Positions 29,301 to 37,417 of a stretch of 63,984 nt of DNA are shown one piece after another. Source of the DNA: Thermoanaerobaculia bacterium. Lineage in GTDB: Bacteria; Acidobacteriota; Thermoanaerobaculia; Multivoradales; JAHEKO01. Made by a program: the position numbers and the translations under genes. The notes under the pieces are model-generated. The model was not told where the DNA came from, did no database searches, and saw nothing but the letters and a program-made list of their open reading frames with translations. The stretch spans positions 1 through 63,984 of the forward strand of contig JBHHWO010000004.1 in NCBI GenBank assembly GCA_046756565.1, in the 5' to 3' direction. Every line of letters starts with the position of its first letter. Position 1 is the stretch's first letter.

Positions 29301-29487
29301 TCTCCTTCTCGATCTGCTGCGGATTGGCGTTCGGGTACGGAACCTGAACCATGATGAACGGGGCGTCGACCTCGGGCAGGTAGGCCAGCGGAAGCCGGGC
29401 GAGCGCAATGCCCCCTATGACCAGAATGCTGATCAGGATCATTGCGGTCGTGATCGGGCGGCTGACCGCCAGCTTGGAGAGGTTCAT
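26392..29487 (-). CDS. RND efflux permease (AcrB/MdtC-like), second permease of the operon
   Basis: 1031 aa. The N-terminus is LAVSRPITTAMILISILVIGGIALARLPLAYLPEVD. It has 12-TM RND architecture with two large periplasmic loops. It starts 3 nt after the stop of the upstream permease gene. Confidence 0.95.
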   Translation of the reverse strand: MNLSKLAVSRPITTAMILISILVIGGIALARLPLAYLPEVDAPFIMVQVPYPNANPQQIEKEILKPVEEVLATMPGVKTLNSRADADQASFFLEFDWGKELDIVRMQVSEKMDQIKADLPTSIGEIVIFSFNTNDMPVVQARVSSKGVDLSESYDLIEARVLNRLRRVPGVARVDLDGVRPREISIDLVLARLREHNVDVSALIQRLQGSSTNMVLGQVDQGGLRLTARSVGQFRSVEEVGDMVIDERGLRLRDIAEITYEEPPIPHGRFLDQQFAVGLEVFKESTANTVDVVRSVMAVIRNEINNDPLLEGVNLFVWDDQGEEIMGGLTGLMTAGLIGAVLAILSLYFFLRRFDSTLIVSLSIPFSILAACGIMYFMGKTLNVLSMMGLMLAVGMLVDNAVVVLESIDRLHRTERNRKKSALIGARAVATAVSASTLTTLIVFLPLIIGAATGLTTWLKEIGIAIAIALACSLFSSLTLIPLMSAHFLGRKKAKEIKSVSWLEGKYARVLRWTLVHRWKTAGVLLLFLGIGMVPFQTGMVEGAIFSGIVNERIFLRYEFADHTYKSEARETVRELEPFLWEHREEFEIKSLYSFYMENRAETTMVLARKNMTDEEVRELQGRIRERLPEIAGVKFMFDDDADTGGSSTFFAVKFFGQDSSVLQGYANEALRRIETLDGIQDIRTSFRDSQQEVRVKIDREKAARNGLDAQDMADIFSFTLGAMRLPRFNAGEREVDTWLALRLEDRENLDDLKRLQIGGQDGAAITLADVATFEIVPRARQIERENRKVRVSVRGTYEGENWKDTQDEIAGLMDAFELPPGYSWSWNDRIVEQQDQNAQMGVNFLLALALVYLVMASLFESLAQPFAILFSIPFALPGIAWMLAATGTSFNLMGQIGVLILMGIVVNNGIVLLDHVNQLRKTGLPRDEAIVLAGQERLRPILMTAATTIIGLVPLAIRGPATSGLFYYPLARTVMGGLMSSVILTLLVLPFISVLMEAISAWLRRVWAGSERASRASETAPVTEGETAPA

Positions 29488-29490
29488 CGG

Positions 29491-32400
29491 CTACCCCACT
29501 TCTCCGACGATCTCGCCGGCGAGTGATTCAGGCGTTTTCGTCGAGTCTGTCTCTGCCTCCGCAGCCGGCAGCTCGTCACGCCGGTCAACCAGGGAGTACA
29601 CCACCGGGATGACGATCAGGGTCAGCATCGTGCCCACCGCCAGGCCTCCGATCACCGTAATCGCCAGCGGCGCCCGAAGCTCCGCTCCCTCGCCCAGGCC
29701 GAGTGCCATTGGCAGCAGCCCGAAGATGGTGGTGGCCGAGGTCATCAGGATCGGTCGGAGTCGGTCGCTGCCGGCCGCAACCAGGGCATCGACCTTGCTC
29801 ATTCCGGTCCGGCGTCTCTGGTTGACGGCATCCACCAGCACGATTGCGTTGTTGACGACGATGCCGGCAAGCATGACCGCACCGATCATGGCGACGATGT
29901 TGATCGACCGACCGGTGATCGCCAGAGCCGCAATCACGCCGATGGCGCCGAGGGGCAGCGTGAAGATGATCACGAACGGATGCAGGAAGGACTCGAACTG
30001 TGACGCCATCACCAGATAGACCAGGAAGATCGCAAGCGCCATCGCCAGGACCAGGGAGCGCTGCGCGGAGGCGCGCTCTTCCTCCTGGCCGGAGAGCGCG
30101 GCAGTCACCCCGGCGGGCATGATCATGTCGCCGAGCTCCGCCCGCACGTCGGTCGCAACCGCAGCCATGTCCCGGCCGGCAATGTCGGCCGAGATCACGC
30201 CGGCGCGTTTCTGGCCGATCCGGCGGATCTCGCTCGGACCCTCGGTCAGATGCACGCTGGCTACGGACTTGAGATAGATTGGCACTCCTTCGCGCTGGCC
30301 GACGATGAAGTTGCTGACATCGTCGACCGAGGCCCGTCCCAGATCCACGGAGCGCACGACGATGTCGATCTCACGATCGCCCTCGGTGAATCGGGTCGCG
30401 ACCTCACCCTGGACCTTGTTGCGAATCGTGTCCGAGACGTCGCCCAGGTTGAGGCCGAGTCGAGCGAGCTGGTCGCGATCGAACTGGATCTGAAGCTCCG
30501 GGTTGCCGAGCTCGGCACTGGACTTCACATCCACGAGGCCCGGCACTCCGGCCATGCGAGCCCGGGCTTCTTCGGCGGTTCGGTGAAGGTCCATCAGCCC
30601 ATCGCTGTAGATCTCGACCTCGATCGGCGTCCGGAAGCTGAAGAACGTCGGGCGCTCGAACTTGGAGTTGGCGAGTCCGGACTGATCCAGGCGATCCCGA
30701 ACCCTTCGAATGACGGCGTGCTCCTCCTCGGGCGTGGTGCCGGGAGCCATCCGGATCTGGAGTCGAGCGGTGTTCTCGCCTTCGCTTCCAGTATTGGTGA
30801 GCGAGAGACCACGGCCACCGACGATTCCGGCGAAGGTCTTGACCGTCTCGTCGCCCTCCAGCACCGACTCGACGTCGGCCAGGAACCGATCGGTGGCCTC
30901 CAGCGGTGTACCTTCGGGTAGCACGACCGTGAAGCTGAACTCACCCTGCGAGAAGGTCGGGATGAGATCAAAACCCAGCTTCGGCACCATCCGGACCGCA
31001 GCGGCGAACGCCAGAAGCGCGATCGCGAGAACCAGCGGGCGGGCCCGAAGAGCGCCGCGGAGTACACGCGGATAGGCCGCAGAGACGATTCCCAAACCGG
31101 CGTCGAATGCCGCGGTGAGAGGCCGGCTGGCGATCGAAAGCACTCGGCCGAGCAGCCGCAACAGCCAGCGGATCGCGAACACGATCCAGGCCGGGCCGGT
31201 TACAAAGATCGAGCGCAGTCCGACGCGGGTGTAATGACGGGTACGGGCAAACCGACCCTCGGCGACGGCCGCGGCGGGAGGCGGCGCCTCGAGCGCTTTC
31301 TGCTTGCCGAGAATCGCCGCCAGCATCGGGATGAGCGTCAGCGCGACGGCGAGCGACGCGATCAAAGAGAACGATACGGTGAGCGCCATGTCGCGGAAGA
31401 GCTGTGCTGCGATGCCCTCGAGAAAGACGACCGGCAGAAACACGGCCACCGTGGTGAGAGTGGAAGCGGCGACCGCGGTCCCCACTTCGGACGCCCCGCC
31501 GCGGGCAGCCTCGTAAGCCGAAGCTCCCTGCTCGCGGCGCTTGAAGATCGCTTCCAGCACCACGATGGCGTTGTCGACGAGCATCCCGACTCCCAACGCC
31601 AGCCCGCCCAGGGACATGACGTTCAAGGTGGTACCGGTCCGGTACATGAGAAAGAAGGTCGCGACCACCGAGATCGGAATCGAGAGTCCGATGATCAAGG
31701 TGCTCCGGGGGTCCTTCAGAAAGAAGAGAAGCACCAGGATGGCGATGCCGCCGCCGACCAGAGCGTTCATCAGCACTTCGTCGATCGAGGCCTGAATGAA
31801 CTCGGACTGGTCGATCCCGGCGACGACCTCGATGCCCTCGGGCAGCTCGCCCTTGACGTTGTCGAGCCGGGTCAGAATCGAACGGGCGACCTGAACCGTA
31901 TTTGTGTCGCCCTCCTTGTACATCGCCAGCTCGACGGCCTCATCCCCACCGAAGCGAGTGATCACCTCGCGCTGTTTGTGCCCGCGCCGTACGGTTGCGA
32001 CATCAGAGACCTTGACGCTGCGGCCCTGGTGAGACATGACCACGGTGTCGCCGATGTCCCCGAGACCCTCGAACTCATTGTTCGCGCGCACCAGATACCG
32101 AGCTTCCTCCTCATAGAGGCTGCCACCGGCCTGGTTGACGTTCTCGCGCAGGAGAACCGAATTCACGTCCTGAATGCTCAAGCCCAGAAGCGCCAGTTTG
32201 CCCTCGTCGACCCGGACCTGAATCTCCTCTTCGAAGCCACCGTTGACCTTGATCGCCGCGACGCCCTCGGTCGACTCGAGATCCTTCTTGAGGACCTCCT
32301 CGGCCACGTAACGCAGCTGATAGAGGTCTCGGCCCCCGGTCACGTACAGACGTACGATCGGGTCGTTGGCCGGATCGAAGCGCAAGAGCACCGGCTTCGG

Positions 32401-32763
32401 GGCTTCTCTGGGCAGGCGAAGCAGATCCAGCTTCTGCCTCACGTCCAGCGCAGCGAAGTCCATGTTTCGGCCCCATTCGAACTCCAAGGTGACCTGCGAG
32501 AGGCCCGGCCGTGCGATCGACGTCAGGCGCTTCACACCCGCGACGATTCCCACCACCTCTTCGATCGGGCGCGAAACCAGCGCTTCGACCTCGGCCGGGG
32601 CCGCACCGGGCAGTCGCGTCTCGACCGTCAGGCTCGGATACGAGAGGTCGGGCAGGAGGTTGATCGACAGCCGTCCGAAGGCGACCATTCCGAAAAGCAT
32701 GAGCGCCACCGCCGCCATCGAGATGGTGACGCGGCGTCGAAGCGAGAACTCGACGAGCTTCAT
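29491..32763 (-). CDS. RND efflux permease (AcrB/MdtB-like), first permease of the operon
   Basis: 1090 aa. The N-terminus is FSLRRRVTISMAAVALMLFGMVAFGRLSINLLPDLSYP. Conserved TM4 region GLALGVGMLVDNAIVVLE. Confidence 0.95.
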   Translation of the reverse strand: MKLVEFSLRRRVTISMAAVALMLFGMVAFGRLSINLLPDLSYPSLTVETRLPGAAPAEVEALVSRPIEEVVGIVAGVKRLTSIARPGLSQVTLEFEWGRNMDFAALDVRQKLDLLRLPREAPKPVLLRFDPANDPIVRLYVTGGRDLYQLRYVAEEVLKKDLESTEGVAAIKVNGGFEEEIQVRVDEGKLALLGLSIQDVNSVLLRENVNQAGGSLYEEEARYLVRANNEFEGLGDIGDTVVMSHQGRSVKVSDVATVRRGHKQREVITRFGGDEAVELAMYKEGDTNTVQVARSILTRLDNVKGELPEGIEVVAGIDQSEFIQASIDEVLMNALVGGGIAILVLLFFLKDPRSTLIIGLSIPISVVATFFLMYRTGTTLNVMSLGGLALGVGMLVDNAIVVLEAIFKRREQGASAYEAARGGASEVGTAVAASTLTTVAVFLPVVFLEGIAAQLFRDMALTVSFSLIASLAVALTLIPMLAAILGKQKALEAPPPAAAVAEGRFARTRHYTRVGLRSIFVTGPAWIVFAIRWLLRLLGRVLSIASRPLTAAFDAGLGIVSAAYPRVLRGALRARPLVLAIALLAFAAAVRMVPKLGFDLIPTFSQGEFSFTVVLPEGTPLEATDRFLADVESVLEGDETVKTFAGIVGGRGLSLTNTGSEGENTARLQIRMAPGTTPEEEHAVIRRVRDRLDQSGLANSKFERPTFFSFRTPIEVEIYSDGLMDLHRTAEEARARMAGVPGLVDVKSSAELGNPELQIQFDRDQLARLGLNLGDVSDTIRNKVQGEVATRFTEGDREIDIVVRSVDLGRASVDDVSNFIVGQREGVPIYLKSVASVHLTEGPSEIRRIGQKRAGVISADIAGRDMAAVATDVRAELGDMIMPAGVTAALSGQEEERASAQRSLVLAMALAIFLVYLVMASQFESFLHPFVIIFTLPLGAIGVIAALAITGRSINIVAMIGAVMLAGIVVNNAIVLVDAVNQRRRTGMSKVDALVAAGSDRLRPILMTSATTIFGLLPMALGLGEGAELRAPLAITVIGGLAVGTMLTLIVIPVVYSLVDRRDELPAAEAETDSTKTPESLAGEIVGEVG

Positions 32764-32769
32764 GACCGG

Positions 32770-33987
32770 CTAGCTCGCTTCTCGGGCTTCGGCGATTTCG
32801 TCCGTGTCTTCTTCGTCGACACCCACCAGCTTGACGGCCGCGCCATTCTTTAGACCTCCCTGCCCTGCGACGATGACGTCGTCTCCGACTCCCAGCCCAC
32901 TCACAGCCTGCACCCAGAGCCCTTCCTCGAGTCCGAGCTCGACCTCGCGCTTCTCGGCCTTGCCCTCGTCGGTGAAAACGAAGACGTGCGCCGACTGGAG
33001 CTCACGAAGAACCGCCTCGCGCGGGACCAGCACCGCCGCTGTCCGGGTCTCGCGAACGATGTCGATCGTGACGAAGCTTCCCGAGCGTACGGTTTTCGGA
33101 GGCGCTACCGCTTCGATCGTCACCTTGATCGTCCCGGTCGCGGTGTCGACGACCGGGCTCACCTGCCGGACCAGGCCCTCGAACACGGTGTCGGGGCTGG
33201 CGTTCAAGGTAATCCGAACGTCACCGCCGCCCTGGAGTCCGATCACGTCGCGCTCGGGCAGAAAAATCCGGGCGACGAGCGGATCGACGTCGGTCAGCTG
33301 GAAGAGCTCATCGCCCATCCGCAGGTTCTGGCCGACCTGGATCATCCGTTCGCTGATCTGGCCCGAGAAGGGCGCCTTGATGGTCGTCTTCTGGAGTCGC
33401 CACGCCGCCTCGGCCTTCTCCTGCTGAGCGATCTCGAAGTCCATCTTGAACTTGTCGAACTCCTCGCGGCTGATCAGCTCCTTGGCGATCAGATCCTGGC
33501 CCCTTTCGAACGCCAGGCGAGCATTGGTCTCCTTGAGATCCGTCTTGCGGAGGTTGATCTCCTCGTCGTCGCGAACCAGGGTCGCCAGATGCTGTCCCTC
33601 ACGAACGAAAGCGCCCTCGTCCACGAGCAGGCGGGCCACGCGTCCCTCGACCTCGGCCAGAAGCCGGACTTCGTTCTCGGCGACCAGATTGGCGGTGGTG
33701 GTGATGTAAGCCGAAATCTGGCCCGCTTCGATCGCGGCGATCTCCACCGGAACCGGGGCTTTGCCTTCGTCTGCGCCTTCACCCTCGCCGTCGGAGCCTT
33801 CGGCGTTGTCCCCGCTGTCGCCCGAATCCGCCTGCTCCTCAGGCGCCGCGTCGGCGCCATTGGCCTCGCTCGCGCTCATGTTCATGAGCGCTGCCCCACC
33901 GACCACCAGCAGCGCGACCAGACCCGAGATCCAGAAGATGCGACTGCGCTTCTTTCGTTTCCGACCCGCGGACGTTTCCAGGCTCAT
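32770..33987 (-). CDS. RND periplasmic adaptor (membrane fusion protein, HlyD/AcrA family)
   Basis: It has an N-terminal anchor (IFWISGLVALLVVGGAALM), a lipoyl/hairpin pattern (G.V..L.VDEG..V..GQ.LA.L) and a beta-barrel segment (V.V...G.A..R.VELG). It is the first gene of the MFP-RND-RND operon. Confidence 0.9.
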   Translation of the reverse strand: MSLETSAGRKRKKRSRIFWISGLVALLVVGGAALMNMSASEANGADAAPEEQADSGDSGDNAEGSDGEGEGADEGKAPVPVEIAAIEAGQISAYITTTANLVAENEVRLLAEVEGRVARLLVDEGAFVREGQHLATLVRDDEEINLRKTDLKETNARLAFERGQDLIAKELISREEFDKFKMDFEIAQQEKAEAAWRLQKTTIKAPFSGQISERMIQVGQNLRMGDELFQLTDVDPLVARIFLPERDVIGLQGGGDVRITLNASPDTVFEGLVRQVSPVVDTATGTIKVTIEAVAPPKTVRSGSFVTIDIVRETRTAAVLVPREAVLRELQSAHVFVFTDEGKAEKREVELGLEEGLWVQAVSGLGVGDDVIVAGQGGLKNGAAVKLVGVDEEDTDEIAEAREAS

Positions 33988-34170
33988 TGGTTGTCTCCCT
34001 TGAGTCCACCTCGGGACAGCCGCGGTGGTGTACAGCTAGCAATACGCAAAGAAACGCAGGAGTGTTTCAGGGTTGGCGACAGCCCGAGGGGTCCAAAGCC
34101 GCGTGTTAAGATTGCCTGCAATCCGCACCGCGCCCATCGCTCGCGGAGGTCGTACCCGGGGGCGAAGCTC

Positions 34171-37149
34171 ATGATCGAAACCACCGAGCTCCTCCAGTCC
34201 TACGTCCACGGAATCCGCAGCCTGAGCGGCGCTCGCAGCGTCTCCCTCTACGTGCCGGCCTCTCTGAGCGGTCTGTCCCAGCCGTTTCTGATTCACGATG
34301 GCGAGGATTTGGCGGTGCCGGAGCTCGCCGACCTCGAAACCGCCGACGCCTTTGCGGCCGGGCGCACGGACGACGCGACCGGCGAGCCCGGCACCATGAT
34401 GCCGAGCGCTGATCCCCTCGCCAGCCTGCTGCCGCTGCCCGCCGTGGAGTCGTTCTGGTCAGGAGGCGTCTGGCCCGCCGATCGGGAACAGCATGAGCAC
34501 GCGACACCCAGTCGAAGGAGGTCCGACGCTGCGCCGCCCACCTCACCGCCCTCGGCCTGGCTGGGCTTCCGCTTCGCGGACCCGAGCGAGGCGCTCGGCG
34601 ATCGGCTCAAGGATCGGGACTTCCTGGAGAAGCTCGCGAAAGACGATCCGCTGCCGTGGTGGGAGTGGCTGTTCGCCCTCGGCGGAGCCCTGGCCAGCCA
34701 TGCGTCGCAGGTGGCCGCAATCCTCAAGGATCCGATCACCGGTTTCCCCGACCGCACCGGCTTTCAGGCGATCCTGACCGAGGAGCTCGAGAAGGCCCGT
34801 CGCACGGGACGACCGCTTTCGCTGCTCCTGATCAACCCGGACGAGTTCGCGACCATCAACGAGAGGTTCGGCAGAGAGGCCGGCGACTCGATCATCCACG
34901 ACGTCAGCCGGCGTTTGCGCTCCGCCCTTCGCAGCTCGGATCCCATAGCCCGCTACGGTGGCGTCATCTTCGCGGCGATTCTCTCCGAGACGAACCTGGC
35001 CACGGCCCGCGAAGTCGCGGGCAAGGTGCTCGAGAGCATCGCCGAGGAGTCGTTTCTGGACGGCGCGGTCCGGCTGGGATTCTCAATCGGCGTTGCGGTC
35101 CTCGACGGCGAGCAGGAAACCGGACTGTTGCCTCTCGAGCTGGTGCGTCGAGCGGATCAAGCCCTCAATGCCGCCAAGCGGCTGGGAGGTGGATGTCTCG
35201 TCGACTGGGAGGAGCGCTCGGGCCTGGAGGAGTCGGGAGCCTTCGACCGGCTGAGCGGCATTTTCACCGGCAACCTTTCCAAGGACTACCGCAACATGGT
35301 CCTGATCTGGGACACGATCGACGTGATCGCTCTCAATCAGGATTTCGACGGGCTTTGCGGCGAGGTGGCCGAAAGGCTCTACGGCGTTTTCAAGCCCAAT
35401 CGAATCGGCGTCTTCTCGAGCCAGGACGACGGCTCGATGCTGCTAACCCGCGGTTTCACGCGCCGCGCCGCCGGATCGCGTAATCAGCAGAGGGTCGAAA
35501 CCGTCGAGCTCTCGCACGAGGAGCGCAATCTCCTTCGGCTCGCTGTGGCTGCCGGTGAGCCCAGGGAAGGCGCGAACGATGTCCAGGACGGCGTCGAGGA
35601 AGTCAGCTATGCGGTGCCGCTGCGCACGAGCGGCGCCTCGCTCGGCGCCCTGTTTCTGGCCGGAGATCGCGATCTCCTGGTCCTGGAGTCTTCGGACCTG
35701 GGCTTCCTGAAGGCGCTCGCCGGGCAGCTGGCGGTGGCTCTCGATCGCGCCCGCCTCTCAGAGCTCGACCGGGCTCGCCAGGAGGGCGAGCGCCGGCAGC
35801 TCAAAGCCGAGCTCAAGGAGCTTCGCCAGGCCCTGCAACAGGCCAAGCTCGTCTATCGGTCGCCGGAGATGGAGGACGCCGTGGGCACCGCCCGCCGGGT
35901 CGCGCCCACAGACGCCACGGTGCTGATCACCGGTGAAAGCGGCACCGGCAAGGAGCTGCTCGCCCGCACCGTACACGAGCTTTCGAGCCGGCGAGATCGG
36001 CCGTTCGTCATCGTCGATTGTGGCTCGATCGCGACCACCTTGATCGAGAGCGAGCTGTTCGGTCACGAGAAGGGCGCCTACACCGGCGCCCAGGTGCGCC
36101 GTCGAGGGCAGCTGGCCGAGGCCGACACCGGAACTGTCTTTCTGGACGAAATCGCAGAGCTTCCGCTCGAGGTGCAGAGCAAGCTCTTGCGCTTCGTCCA
36201 GGAAAAGCAGTTCAGCCCGGTCGGCGGGAGCCGAGTTCGGAAGGTCGACGTCCGGATCGTCGCCGCCACGAACCGCGACCTCTCTCTCGAGGTTGCGGCC
36301 GGTCGGTTTCGCGAGGACCTCTACTATCGGCTCAATGTCGTTCGCATCGAAGTACCGCCGCTCAGGCAGCGCCCAGTTGACGTCCTCCACCTTGCCCGCC
36401 ACTTCCTCGACACGTTCACCGTCCAGTACCAGAAGAGCATCCGCCGGTTCACCCCAGCGGCCGAGGACGACCTCGTGCGCTACACATGGCCCGGCAACGT
36501 CAGGGAGCTACAGAACAGGATCATGCAGGCCGTAATTCTGTGCGACGGCGATGACCTCGACGCTTCGGATCTGGATCTGCCCACCGACGGCACCGTGGCT
36601 CCGATCGCGGAGGTGCCGACGCGAATTCTGGTCAGCCGCGCCGAGGCGGCCAGCCGGTCCACCGGACCCACCCTGGTCGGGGAGGACTGCTGGAGCCGGC
36701 TTCGCGAAGCCCTGGGACGGGAGGTCGACCTTGCACTCGGCGACGACGGCGACATGCTGTTCCCGCTCGGTACCTGGATTCGAGAAGATCTCATCCTCGC
36801 CGCCAACGACGCCGCGAGAGGCGTCGCGAGACGTGCGGCTTCTCTGCTCGGCATCCCGGAGACCACCTTCCGGCGGAGGTTGTCCAAGACCCAGCGGCAG
36901 CAGCGCTCCGGGCTCTCACCGAGGTCGGGGCGGTGGGTCGAGATCCGCTCGCTGCTCGCGGAGGTCGTGAGCTCGCCCACCGACGGGGAGGATCTGATCC
37001 GGAAGGCGCTCACGATTCTGCTCGAAGAGATCCTTCAACGCCTTCCCGACGACGTCTCGTCCGGCGCCCAGCTGCTTGGAGTCACGGCCCCGACCTTCCG
37101 GACGCGGACCGCCGAGCTGACCAAGCGGGCGAACTCTGCGGCCAAGTAG
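34171..37149 (+). CDS. Sigma-54-dependent transcriptional activator with N-terminal sensory region, degenerate GGDEF domain (intact I-site), GAF-like domain, AAA+ domain and two Fis-type HTH motifs
   Basis: ATG at 34171 (MIETTELL). The GGDEF fold is ITGFPDRTGF...LLLINPDEFATINERFG...RSSDPIARYGGVIFAAIL. The AAA+ domain has VLITGESGTGKELLA, ESELFGHEKGAYTGA (a GAFTGA variant), FLDEI and RIVAATNRDL. The C-terminal HTH-like motifs are AASLLGIPETTFRRRLSK and GAQLLGVTAPTFRTRTAELTK. Confidence 0.9.
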   Translation: MIETTELLQSYVHGIRSLSGARSVSLYVPASLSGLSQPFLIHDGEDLAVPELADLETADAFAAGRTDDATGEPGTMMPSADPLASLLPLPAVESFWSGGVWPADREQHEHATPSRRRSDAAPPTSPPSAWLGFRFADPSEALGDRLKDRDFLEKLAKDDPLPWWEWLFALGGALASHASQVAAILKDPITGFPDRTGFQAILTEELEKARRTGRPLSLLLINPDEFATINERFGREAGDSIIHDVSRRLRSALRSSDPIARYGGVIFAAILSETNLATAREVAGKVLESIAEESFLDGAVRLGFSIGVAVLDGEQETGLLPLELVRRADQALNAAKRLGGGCLVDWEERSGLEESGAFDRLSGIFTGNLSKDYRNMVLIWDTIDVIALNQDFDGLCGEVAERLYGVFKPNRIGVFSSQDDGSMLLTRGFTRRAAGSRNQQRVETVELSHEERNLLRLAVAAGEPREGANDVQDGVEEVSYAVPLRTSGASLGALFLAGDRDLLVLESSDLGFLKALAGQLAVALDRARLSELDRARQEGERRQLKAELKELRQALQQAKLVYRSPEMEDAVGTARRVAPTDATVLITGESGTGKELLARTVHELSSRRDRPFVIVDCGSIATTLIESELFGHEKGAYTGAQVRRRGQLAEADTGTVFLDEIAELPLEVQSKLLRFVQEKQFSPVGGSRVRKVDVRIVAATNRDLSLEVAAGRFREDLYYRLNVVRIEVPPLRQRPVDVLHLARHFLDTFTVQYQKSIRRFTPAAEDDLVRYTWPGNVRELQNRIMQAVILCDGDDLDASDLDLPTDGTVAPIAEVPTRILVSRAEAASRSTGPTLVGEDCWSRLREALGREVDLALGDDGDMLFPLGTWIREDLILAANDAARGVARRAASLLGIPETTFRRRLSKTQRQQRSGLSPRSGRWVEIRSLLAEVVSSPTDGEDLIRKALTILLEEILQRLPDDVSSGAQLLGVTAPTFRTRTAELTKRANSAAK

Positions 37150-37337
37150 GCGCCGATTTTTAGCCAGGATTCTCCGTTTTTTGGTGCTCTCATGAGCATT
37201 CCCGGCGAGTCTTGGACCGAATCGACGGACACAATACCGGGAGCGCACCAGCCTTTCCCCCGGGTATTATGCAGAAAACCATTTGCATATTTGAATTTAC
37301 GCCCGAGGGGTAGTGCGACAGTGGCATATTCCCTTGT

Positions 37338-37354
37338 CCGGTATGCCGTTTGCC
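37338..37354 (+). promoter_or_regulatory. Weak candidate sigma-54 -24/-12 element upstream of the REC-PAS-GGDEF-EAL gene
   Basis: ccGGtatgccgtTTGCc has exact GG-N10-GC spacing, but the -24 box is poor (CGGTAT versus TGGCAC). An overlapping gTGGCATattcccTTGT (37321..37337) has spacing one nt too long. It lies in an AT-richer 268-bp intergenic region. Confidence 0.2.
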
Positions 37355-37417
37355 TTGATTCTCTGACGATCACCGCGGCTTTGCGCCGATGCAGGCGCCA
37401 AATCCCGGGAGACGACT

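Noticed and set aside
26284-32853. Plus-strand ORFs of 512, 435, 539 and 223 aa, among others
   Set aside because: All are antisense to the two RND permease genes. The translations are dominated by Asp/Arg/His/Gly runs.
32986-34170. First 395 codons of the 1387-aa plus-strand ORF
   Set aside because: This part is antisense to the MFP gene and reads as low-complexity Arg/Asp/Leu sequence. The recognisable activator sequence begins at ATG 34171, in the divergent intergenic region.
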